Shown here: positions 14,706 to 21,584 of the stretch, one piece after another
Position numbering within the stretch: position 1 is the first letter of the stretch
Layout of the letters: every line of letters starts with the position of its first letter
NCBI GenBank assembly: GCA_035515635.1
Contig: DATJBB010000003.1
Span: 187,536-219,535 of the forward strand
From: Nitrososphaerales archaeon
GTDB lineage: Archaea > Thermoproteota > Nitrososphaeria > Nitrososphaerales > Gagatemarchaeaceae
DNA length: 32,000 bases
Direction of reading: 5' to 3'
The notes under the pieces: model-generated
Seen by the model: the letters and a program-made list of their open reading frames with translations, nothing else
The model's database searches: none
What the model was told of the DNA's origin: nothing
Program-made: the position numbers and the translations under genes

Positions 14706-16472
14706 CTGACCACGGCCTCGCCGCGCCTCGCTCCGGACCGCCGAACCAGGGCCAAGTCCGCGCTGGCGCTCTGGCTCCTCCTTGTGGCGGGCATCGCGTC
14801 GGCCTCCGTCTCTGTCCGCCACGCCGACGCCTTCCAGGCCAGCGGCCAGTACGCCGCGACGGTCATCGGCCAGGGTAACTTCACCTCCAGAATCGCCGGT
14901 CTCTCGCCGCAGAACCTCTACCAGCCCTTCAGGCCTACCTTCGATTCCTCTGGCGACCTCTGGGTCGGGGACGAGGCAGACCACCGGGTCGTCGAGTTCA
15001 TGCCCCCGCTGACCGACGGAGAGCCTGCATCCCTCGAGATCGGGGAGCTGAACTTCGCGGAAGGGGCGACCAACGGCTCGCTCCCCGCTTCCCAGGACAC
15101 CCTCTTCGGCCCCGTCGCCGTGGCCTTCGACAAGTCGGGAGACCTCTGGGTGGCCGACTTCGTCTACAACCGGGTCACCGAATACAAGCCTCCTTTCGAG
15201 GACGGGATGAACGCCTCCCTGGAGCTCGGCCAGCCTGCGGGAAGCTCGCAGTTCACGAAGCATCCTGCCCAGTCCCCCTCGATGGGCCTGAACGCGCCGG
15301 TCGCTCTGGCCTTCGACTCGGCTGGGGACCTCTGGGTCGTCGACAGGGGGAACAACAGGCTCGTGGAGTACGCCCCTCCCTTCGTCTCGGGGCAGACGCC
15401 CTCACTCGTCGTGGGACAGCCCTCTCTGAACAGCAGCGCAGGTGCCACCACCCAGTCCGGGCTCAACGGCCCTGAGAGCGCGGCCTTCGACTCCTCCGGG
15501 AACCTCTGGGTGGTCGACGAGGGGAACGACCGGGTCCTCGAGTACGGAAACTCTTCCCTTGAGAGCGACGGTCCGCGAGCAGTCCTCGAGCTGGGCCAGC
15601 GCGCAGGTCCCGGCGAGTTCGTCTCCAACGGCTCCGAGGTCTCCCGGTCCACGTTCGGCGCCCCCATGGGAGTGGCCGTCTCTCCCTGGGGCGACCTACT
15701 CGTCTCCGACCGTTCGGGGAACAGAATCCTGGGGTTCGAACCTCCCTTCTCGGACGGGATGAACGCATCCTACGAGATAGGCCAGCATGCCGGCCCCTCC
15801 CAGTTCGCCGCAGCGCCCGCATCCGTCACGCAGAACGGGCTCCACAACCCCCTCGGTCTCGCCTTCGACCCCTCTGGGAACGTCTGGGTGGCCGACCAGT
15901 TGAACGCTCGGGTCCTTGAGTTTAGCTCGCTGGCAGCGGTCACCTCTGGTACGGACGTCTCCGCGACCGCGACGGGCGCTTCTGACAACGAGTCCTCCAC
16001 GACCGGGCTGTCCATGTCGGTGAAGGAGACGTCCTCCGCGTCGGTCAACTTCTACTCGGCGAAGCTCTCCGCGCAGCCTCCCGGGTCGGGCACCCTGCCC
16101 TTGTCCGGGAGTCGGGTCTTCTACCAGGCGAAGGTGTCAGGCGGGAGCGGGGACGTCGCGATCTGCGTCCGCGACCCTCGGGCGTCCAACTCGACGTCGA
16201 TGATGTTCTTCGACGGCGCCTCGTGGATCGGCGCGGGCGACCTCAAGGCAACAAGCGGGGGTTCGATATGCGGCGACGTCCCGAGCGCCACTTTGAGCTC
16301 CCTCACCCTCCTCGCCGTAACCGAGGCGCCCGGCCCGCCCCTAGCTTCGCCTTTGCTCCAGGCGGCGGCCCTCCTGGCCGCTGCAGTCGCGTTGGGCACG
16401 ATATCCTACATCGTCCTGAAGACGCGCCCGGCGGGGTCTAAGACGGGGCAACGACGAGAAATCCTAGTATGA
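14706..16472 (+). CDS. Anchored six-bladed NHL-repeat beta-propeller with a C-terminal beta-rich domain and TM anchor; start codon unresolved
   Basis: Same frame as track ORF 14451..16472. There are six repeats of the type FDSSGNLWVVDEGNDRVLEY. The signal-peptide-like segment is RRTRAKSALALWLLLVAGIASASVSVRHADA and the C-terminal TM is LLQAAALLAAAVALGTISYIVL. No ATG/GTG/TTG occurs between the laccase stop and GTG 14784. The start given is a hypothetical CTG preceded by GGGGAGGG (see findings). Confidence 0.75.
   Translation: MTTASPRLAPDRRTRAKSALALWLLLVAGIASASVSVRHADAFQASGQYAATVIGQGNFTSRIAGLSPQNLYQPFRPTFDSSGDLWVGDEADHRVVEFMPPLTDGEPASLEIGELNFAEGATNGSLPASQDTLFGPVAVAFDKSGDLWVADFVYNRVTEYKPPFEDGMNASLELGQPAGSSQFTKHPAQSPSMGLNAPVALAFDSAGDLWVVDRGNNRLVEYAPPFVSGQTPSLVVGQPSLNSSAGATTQSGLNGPESAAFDSSGNLWVVDEGNDRVLEYGNSSLESDGPRAVLELGQRAGPGEFVSNGSEVSRSTFGAPMGVAVSPWGDLLVSDRSGNRILGFEPPFSDGMNASYEIGQHAGPSQFAAAPASVTQNGLHNPLGLAFDPSGNVWVADQLNARVLEFSSLAAVTSGTDVSATATGASDNESSTTGLSMSVKETSSASVNFYSAKLSAQPPGSGTLPLSGSRVFYQAKVSGGSGDVAICVRDPRASNSTSMMFFDGASWIGAGDLKATSGGSICGDVPSATLSSLTLLAVTEAPGPPLASPLLQAAALLAAAVALGTISYIVLKTRPAGSKTGQRREILV
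14913..15923 (+). repeat. Six tandem NHL-type blades (protein-level repeat, period about 58-64 aa) inside the CDS
   Basis: The core [FV]-D/S-x-S/W-G-[DN]-[LV]-[WL]-V-x-D-x4-R-[VIL]-x-[EG]-[FY] recurs at ORF residues about 159-183, 218-245, 280-307, 338-365, 402-429 and 464-491. Between blades lie PPFxDGMNASxExGQ linkers. Confidence 0.8.
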
Positions 16473-16754
16473 CCTTGGTCATCGACGCGATGGCGTGAAG
16501 AAGAAAGCCGTGGGGACGAGCCCATCGGTGGGCGCAATCGTCCTGATATGGCGCTAGTGGCAGGAAGTCTTGCTTCATCGGACACGGCGGGACGGCCGCG
16601 GCGGCGCCCTTGACAACCACCAGCACGACCACCACGGCGGTCGGCGGCTCGACGAACGGTAGGCGCCCTCGCAGGACGCCAGGGTAGCGCCCCCCGCCTA
16701 GCCGCGCTCCCAAAAAAGGAGAAATACGCCGAAAGCACTCGAGTTCCACTCTTC

Positions 16755-17369
16755 ATGCCTTTGCCAGTCCTGCGGGAGGTGCTCTCGGCGGAGTACAAAG
16801 GCCCCCGGGCCGTATTCTCGGAGGTCCACGTCCTCAAGGCGATACTGTCCATCGGGGACTCTGGCGCGGTGGGCAGGGGCAAGCTCGGCGCCCTCGTCGG
16901 GCTGGGCCAGGGGGAGGTGAGGACGCTCATCAAGCGGATGAAGGGGAACGACTTGATAGTGATCGAGCCGGACGGCTGCAAGCTCAGCCGGAAGGGAGAG
17001 CGCGAGTTCGAGAAGCTGAGGGAGAAGATACCCTGGTCGTCGGCCGTCAACGCCAAGGCGCTGGGAATCGGCGAAAGGTGCTCGGCGGTCCTCGTCAGAG
17101 GGGGGGCCGCCAAGGCCAGGAAGGGCATCGAGCAGCGGGACGCGGCGGTGAGGGTCGGGGCCAGAGGCGCGCTGACCGCGGTCTTCGCCTCCGGAAGGTT
17201 CGCCCTTCCGGGGGAGGGCTCCAGCGCCGAGGTGGACGGCCCGCGGGACCTTTGGTCCAAGGCGAGGGCGGCCGGCCCGCGCGAAGGCGACGCCCTGGTG
17301 GTGGTCGGGGCCGACTCCGATGACCTCGCCGACCTGGGCAGCCTCGCGGCGGCCATCACCCTGTTCTAG
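16755..17369 (+). CDS. Archaeal winged-helix protein with an uncharacterised C-terminal domain (DUF4443-like, from memory)
   Basis: The N-terminus LKAILSIGDSGAVGRGKLGALVGLGQGEVRTLIKRMKGNDLIVIEPDGCKLSRKGE has a wHTH pattern. Codon usage is coding-like. No family motif that I can name with certainty. Confidence 0.55.
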   Translation: MPLPVLREVLSAEYKGPRAVFSEVHVLKAILSIGDSGAVGRGKLGALVGLGQGEVRTLIKRMKGNDLIVIEPDGCKLSRKGEREFEKLREKIPWSSAVNAKALGIGERCSAVLVRGGAAKARKGIEQRDAAVRVGARGALTAVFASGRFALPGEGSSAEVDGPRDLWSKARAAGPREGDALVVVGADSDDLADLGSLAAAITLF

Positions 17370-17414
17370 AGACGCTCGCGTTATTACCTCCTTAACCGGG
17401 GGTTCGGGCCTGCG

Positions 17415-17927
17415 ATGAAGTACACAAGCGTCGTGGTCGACGACAAGGAGCACTGCCTCGAAGTCATGAGGCAGATGGAGGAGGAGTTCAAGAAGGGGAA
17501 CGAGTCGTTCTTCATCAGGGTGATCGAGGACGAGCCCAGCCTCGTCCTGAGGGTCCACGCGGTGACCATACTCGCGGACCTCGGGAGCGAGGCCGCAATC
17601 CCCGCCCTCTCGCTCGTCCTACTGCACGACCCAGACCCGTTGGTAAGACACGAGGCCGCCTTCACGATGGGCCAGATAGGCCTCACCTCGGCTGTCAAGG
17701 CCCTCGAGGCAGCCACCACCAAGGACAAGGACCCCATAGTCAGGCACGAGTCCGCCGCGGCGCTCGGCTCCATCGGGAGCCAGACGGCCAGGAAGACGCT
17801 GGAGGCGGCGCTCAAGGACAAGGACGAGCTTGTGAGCAACTCGGCGGCCGCTTCGCTCTTCAACCTGGAGTTCCTGCGGACCTACTCCGTGGGCGCGACC
17901 GCAAGGGACAGGATGCCCCGCCCCTAG
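17415..17927 (+). CDS. HEAT-repeat protein resembling one half of deoxyhypusine hydroxylase
   Basis: Four HEAT-like repeats. Two His-Glu dyads, LVRHEAAFTMGQIG (H79/E80) and IVRHESAAALGSIG (H111/E112), sit 32 residues apart. A TATA-like TTATTACCTCCTTAAC lies about 20-35 nt upstream. Confidence 0.75.
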   Translation: MKYTSVVVDDKEHCLEVMRQMEEEFKKGNESFFIRVIEDEPSLVLRVHAVTILADLGSEAAIPALSLVLLHDPDPLVRHEAAFTMGQIGLTSAVKALEAATTKDKDPIVRHESAAALGSIGSQTARKTLEAALKDKDELVSNSAAASLFNLEFLRTYSVGATARDRMPRP

Positions 17928-18460
17928 AGCCGTATCCTCGCCACCAGGTACCCCTTCCCCTCCTCGAACTCTGCCTGCGCGAACGCCGACGCCACCACCA
18001 CCCTGAACCCCTCGCTCTTGCTGCCGTGCCTGAAGACCCTCCCCGCCTTCAGGTCCCTAATGTAGACCTCCCCGCCCGGCCTCACCACCCTCGAGACCTC
18101 GGCGAGCGCCTTCGCAGGGTCGGCGAAGTGGTGGAACGACGCCATCGAGATCGCCCTGTCCACCTCCCGGTCGGGTATCTCTCCCATGTCCTCGGCGCCT
18201 GCGACAACAACGACTACGTTCGAGGCGCCGGCCTCCCCTGCCCTCCGCCTGATCTCCGCGGCCCTCTTGGGGTCGGGCTCGACGGCGTAGACCTTGCCCT
18301 CAGGCCCGACGAGCTTGGCAGCTGCGAATGAGTAGTAGCCGTACCCCGCCCCCAGGTCGGCGACCCTCATCCCACTAGCCACGCCGGCCTCGGCCAGCCT
18401 ACCCTCCGGTGGCGCGCTCCGTCGACGGAAGTACTCGACCGCCCGCAGCCAGGCGCCCAT
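17924..18460 (-). CDS. Class I SAM-dependent methyltransferase
   Basis: Track ORF 17924..18574 trimmed to ATG 18460. Motif I is VADLGAGYGYYS, followed by VYAVEP, and motif IV/post-I is RVVRPGGEVYI. It overlaps the convergent HEAT gene by 4 nt. Confidence 0.8.
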   Translation of the reverse strand: MGAWLRAVEYFRRRSAPPEGRLAEAGVASGMRVADLGAGYGYYSFAAAKLVGPEGKVYAVEPDPKRAAEIRRRAGEAGASNVVVVVAGAEDMGEIPDREVDRAISMASFHHFADPAKALAEVSRVVRPGGEVYIRDLKAGRVFRHGSKSEGFRVVVASAFAQAEFEEGKGYLVARIRL

Positions 18461-18485
18461 CTCCCCGGCTTGAGTCCTATCCTGC

Positions 18486-18500
18486 CCTAAAATCCTTAAA
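18486..18500. promoter_or_regulatory. Back-to-back TATA-like boxes in a divergent promoter
   Basis: The sequence is CCTAAAATCCTTAAA. Read on the minus strand, ATTTTAGG is about 26 nt from ATG 18460. Read on the plus strand, CTTAAAG is about 25 nt from TTG 18525. Confidence 0.45.
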
Positions 18501-18524
18501 GTGCCTCCGCGCTCCTTCCCGGAG

Positions 18525-19274
18525 TTGAAGCTCAAGGGCAAGGTGGCCGTCGTGACCGGCTCGACCACAGGCAACGGCGCGGCGATAGCCCGGGCGTTCG
18601 GCCACGAGGGGGCCGACGTGGTGGTCCACTACAACCGCTCGGCCGCCGAGGCGAACAAGGTGGTCTCCGAGATAAGGAAGGCCGGCAGGGACTCGTTCGC
18701 CGCGAAGGCAGACATCTCGGTCCCGGCGGAATGCAAGAGGATGTTCAAGGAGGTCGAGAAGAGGTTCGGCAGGGTCGACGTCCTGGTCAACAACGCCGGC
18801 CTCGCGGACGGGACGATATGGAACTCCCCCATAATGAGCCTCAACAGGGAGATGTGGCTCAGGGTCTTCTCTATCGACGTCTTCGGGGCGTTCGACTGCG
18901 TCCAGGGCGCCCTCCCGCTCATGCGCGGAGGGGGCTCGATAGTCAACGTCTCCTCCACCCCCGCCCTCGCGGGCGACACTCAGGGGCTCGTATACGGCTC
19001 GGCGAAGGGCGCGGTCCTCACGATGACAAAGATGCTCGCCAAGAGCCTCGCCCCGAAGGTCAGGGTGAACTGCATGGTCCTCGGCTCGATAAACACCGGC
19101 TGGCTGAAGTGGTTCGACCAAGGCCAGGTGGAAGCGCTAAAGTCCTACATCCCGATGAAGCGGTTCGGGGAGCCGACGGATGTGGCCAACCTCGCCGTCT
19201 TCCTGGCGAGCGACGACTCCGCCTTCATGACCGGGCAGGGGGTTGTCCTCGACGGCGGAGAGGTCACAGACTGA
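18525..19274 (+). CDS. Short-chain dehydrogenase/reductase (FabG-like)
   Basis: Same frame as track ORF 18501..19274. TTG 18525 gives the classic SDR start MKLKGKVAVVTGSTTGNGAAIA and respects the TATA spacing. NNAG and the catalytic S...YGSAK are present. Confidence 0.85.
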   Translation: MKLKGKVAVVTGSTTGNGAAIARAFGHEGADVVVHYNRSAAEANKVVSEIRKAGRDSFAAKADISVPAECKRMFKEVEKRFGRVDVLVNNAGLADGTIWNSPIMSLNREMWLRVFSIDVFGAFDCVQGALPLMRGGGSIVNVSSTPALAGDTQGLVYGSAKGAVLTMTKMLAKSLAPKVRVNCMVLGSINTGWLKWFDQGQVEALKSYIPMKRFGEPTDVANLAVFLASDDSAFMTGQGVVLDGGEVTD

Positions 19275-19276
19275 CC

Positions 19277-19492
19277 CTAGTCGGCCGCCTGGTAGAGCCC
19301 GCCCGCCCTGTCTATCTTCGAGAGCGCGACGTCCACTTCGTCCCCTTCAGAGACCGTCCCCTTTTCGACGGCCTTGTCCCATAGGTCGATGTAGACCTCC
19401 AGCGCCTCCCTGACGTGCGGCGGCTTGCCCTTCTTCGTCTCCCTCAGCTTCGCAAGGTAGTCCCTGAGGAGGAGCGCCTGACCAGCCGGCAT
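19277..19492 (-). CDS. Small hypothetical protein (71 aa)
   Basis: Last ORF of the minus-strand operon, 27 nt downstream of the decarboxylase-family gene. The composition is balanced (K/E/D-rich), unlike off-frame ORFs. No recognisable family. Confidence 0.5.
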   Translation of the reverse strand: MPAGQALLLRDYLAKLRETKKGKPPHVREALEVYIDLWDKAVEKGTVSEGDEVDVALSKIDRAGGLYQAAD

Positions 19493-19519
19493 CGCTCCCT
19501 ATCAACCGCCAGCGTGTTA

Positions 19520-20494
19520 TTAATCGCCGCTCCTTCCTACGCGGCCTACCCTGGCGCCCTTCCCGACGCCCGAGGTCAGCGTCTTGTAACCCATGTGCGA
19601 GATCGCCCTCCTCACCTTCTCCTCGTCGCCATCGCTGGTGTTGATGAAGACAGAAGGCCCGGTCTGCATCGAGAAGTAGGCCTCCACCGAGTTCGACCTG
19701 AGCTCCCTCACCTTTGTTATCACCCTTATCGTGTCAGGGCTCATCACCACCAATCTGTTGGCGCCTGTCATTGTGATGCTGTGGAGCTCCAGGGTGTCCT
19801 GCTCGACCAGCTCCCCGACCTTCTTCAGGTCGCCGCCCTTGATCGCCTTCTCCATCTCGTCGCACCTCTTCGAGGCCGACTCTATCCTCGCCTTGAAGAA
19901 GGGCGATGACTCCACCTCCCTGTGTGCGTCCTCCGTCTTGACCGAAGACCAGAGCGGAACGATGACCATCCGGAGCGGGAGGTCCTTCTCGTCGGCGAAC
20001 TTCTCCGCATATGTGTCCTCGTACCCCTTCCCGGCGTAGAGCCTTGAGAACCCTCCGACCACCGTCCTCGATGCGGAACCGGCGAACAGCCGCGCGACCC
20101 TCGAGAGCTCGGTGTAGTCCGGCTCGCCGCCGTCCACCGCATGGAACACGGCCATGGTCACCGCGGCCCCGGCGGACGACGAGAAGCCCAGCCCCTTGGC
20201 GTCCACCCTGGGGAAGTTCCGAGAGTCGAAGCGGAGGCCGAGTTCCTCGAACGGCTTGCCGGCGAGCTTCTGGGAGACCGCCTGGATCCGTCTCAGCGCG
20301 TCCTCGTTCCCCTTCCCCTCGACGAGGAGCACTCCCTTGCCACCTTCAGCCTCGCTGACGACCACCTCGCTCCCGAGCGACGTGGTGTTGACCGAGATGC
20401 TGTCGTGATAAGGGAGCCTGAGCTTCCAGTCCTTCAGGCCGTGGTACTTGACCAACGCCTGCATGGTGTTCGCCGTCGACTTGAAAGGAGTCAA
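19520..20494 (-). CDS. GHMP-kinase-fold protein of the mevalonate diphosphate decarboxylase family, non-canonical active site
   Basis: Family blocks are ALVKYHGLKDWKLRLPYHDSISV, GLGFSSSAGAAV and ARLFAGSASRTVVGG. AYFSMQTGPSVFI replaces the canonical ..DAGPN.. block. The TTG start overlaps the upstream stop by 4 nt. Confidence 0.85.
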   Translation of the reverse strand: MTPFKSTANTMQALVKYHGLKDWKLRLPYHDSISVNTTSLGSEVVVSEAEGGKGVLLVEGKGNEDALRRIQAVSQKLAGKPFEELGLRFDSRNFPRVDAKGLGFSSSAGAAVTMAVFHAVDGGEPDYTELSRVARLFAGSASRTVVGGFSRLYAGKGYEDTYAEKFADEKDLPLRMVIVPLWSSVKTEDAHREVESSPFFKARIESASKRCDEMEKAIKGGDLKKVGELVEQDTLELHSITMTGANRLVVMSPDTIRVITKVRELRSNSVEAYFSMQTGPSVFINTSDGDEEKVRRAISHMGYKTLTSGVGKGARVGRVGRSGD

Positions 20495-20934
20495 CCCTCG
20501 ACCTCTATCCTGAGCGTGCCGGGAGCGCCTTGGGATTTCAAACTTCTCACGATTTCTCGGGGGATGTCCACGGCCCCAGATTCGGCCCTGATGGCCAGCG
20601 TGCGCGCGCAGACGAATCCGCTCTTCCTCACCACCATGTCCCTCGGGTCCTCGAGGACCAGGTCCTTGCTCCCGCTCGCCCAGAAAGAGAACACCCCTGC
20701 TGGCGCGACCACGGTCAGCTTCACCCTCGCGCCCTCGGTCTTCAGGGCCGCCTTGAGCTGTGGAGAGAGCTGCGCAACCCCTTTCGAGGCGCCCACCCCC
20801 AAGATGCAGTCGCCCCTTTGAGTAAGATGGGTCTCCGTCGTTATCTCGACGGTCCTCTCGTGAGTCGCGAGCACCATGGGGTGGCCGGTGAACGGGACCA
20901 CTTCCACGACCGAAGCTTCCTCAAGAGCCCTCAT
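20491..20934 (-). CDS. Conserved archaeal protein, DUF371-like (from memory)
   Basis: Track ORF 20491..21156 trimmed to ATG 20934 (147 aa), because the upstream 74 codons are R/P/S/W-rich junk. The core THERTVEITTETHLTQRGDCILGVGA resembles the DUF371 signature. Confidence 0.6.
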   Translation of the reverse strand: MRALEEASVVEVVPFTGHPMVLATHERTVEITTETHLTQRGDCILGVGASKGVAQLSPQLKAALKTEGARVKLTVVAPAGVFSFWASGSKDLVLEDPRDMVVRKSGFVCARTLAIRAESGAVDIPREIVRSLKSQGAPGTLRIEVEG

Positions 20935-20962
20935 GGACGCCGACCGGCCCAGCCTCGCCTGA

Positions 20963-21241
20963 TTAACGATTCGCCTGGGCGACTGAGGCGGTGGGCTGCA
21001 GGCCGTTGCAGTGACCGCACCGTTCGGCCCCGTCCGCGACCAGGGTGGAGCAGAAGACGCAGAACCTGTACCCGGAGGGCGGCTCCACCCTCTCCGTGGA
21101 CTCGGCCACGACGAACCCCGCCACCATCGCGGCCGACCCTCCTGCGATGAGCGCAAGCCACGCCGTCCCGTCCAGCGCGACGAACAGCACGACCCCGGTG
21201 AGGACGATCACACCGCCCGACACGACGAGGCTTGACCGCAC
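20963..21241 (-). CDS. Small membrane protein with a C-terminal zinc ribbon
   Basis: Two hydrophobic spans (VVSGGVIVLTGVVLFVAL and WLALIAGGSAAMVAGFVVA), then CVFC-x12-CGHC. GTG start. It competes with overlapping off-frame ORFs (20931..21524 minus, 21045..21539 plus) that look artefactual in this stretch. Confidence 0.5.
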   Translation of the reverse strand: MRSSLVVSGGVIVLTGVVLFVALDGTAWLALIAGGSAAMVAGFVVAESTERVEPPSGYRFCVFCSTLVADGAERCGHCNGLQPTASVAQANR

Positions 21242-21264
21242 GAGCTTTCAATCCCGTCGATGGG

Positions 21265-21272
21265 TTTATAGA
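21265..21272 (+). promoter_or_regulatory. TATA box
   Basis: TTTATAGA lies 28 nt upstream of TTG 21300. Confidence 0.45.
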
Positions 21273-21299
21273 TTTTGGTCTGTCCGGCCGGCCAGTTCC

Positions 21300-21539
21300 T
21301 TGGTCACCGAGTACGAGCAGCTCCTCGCGGAGATGCTGAAGGAGCGGAGGGGCAAGCTCGAGGCCCTCAAGGCGAAAGGGAAGAAGAAGGATGTCGACGC
21401 CCTCATGTCGGAGATAGGGTTCGTCCAGGCAGAGCTCGAGAGGTACCAGAAAGGGATGACCCTCTTCAGGACGAAGAACCTCCCCAGAGTGGGGCGGTGG
21501 GGCAAGCCCGAGGCCGGGGAGCACCCCGTTGAGCAGTAA
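21300..21539 (+). CDS. Small charged coiled-coil-like protein (79 aa)
   Basis: This is the C-terminal part of track ORF 21045..21539. Only the portion after the TATA box looks coding: VTEYEQLLAEMLKERRGKLEALKAKGKKKDVDALMSEIGFVQAELERYQKG. Leaderless TTG start. Confidence 0.45.
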   Translation: MVTEYEQLLAEMLKERRGKLEALKAKGKKKDVDALMSEIGFVQAELERYQKGMTLFRTKNLPRVGRWGKPEAGEHPVEQ

Positions 21540-21551
21540 GCCTCAAGGGCC

Positions 21552-21559
21552 TTAAATAA
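21552..21559 (+). promoter_or_regulatory. TATA box for the aquaporin/GAF operon
   Basis: TTAAATAA lies 26-33 nt upstream of TTG 21585. Confidence 0.45.
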
Positions 21560-21584
21560 CGAAAACCGTCGACAGAGTCGGGAA

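Noticed and set aside
16530-16608. A tRNA-like segment: GGGCGC...GGCGCCC termini about 80 nt apart in the GC-rich spacer
   Set aside because: Only 6 terminal base pairs form. There is no D-arm complementarity, no GTTCRANNC T-loop and no plausible anticodon stem on either strand.
16406-17558. ORFs of 317 aa and 286 aa antisense to the wHTH and HEAT genes
   Set aside because: The same shadow-ORF composition (R/P/S/A-rich). The sense frames have balanced composition, TATA spacing and recognisable repeats.
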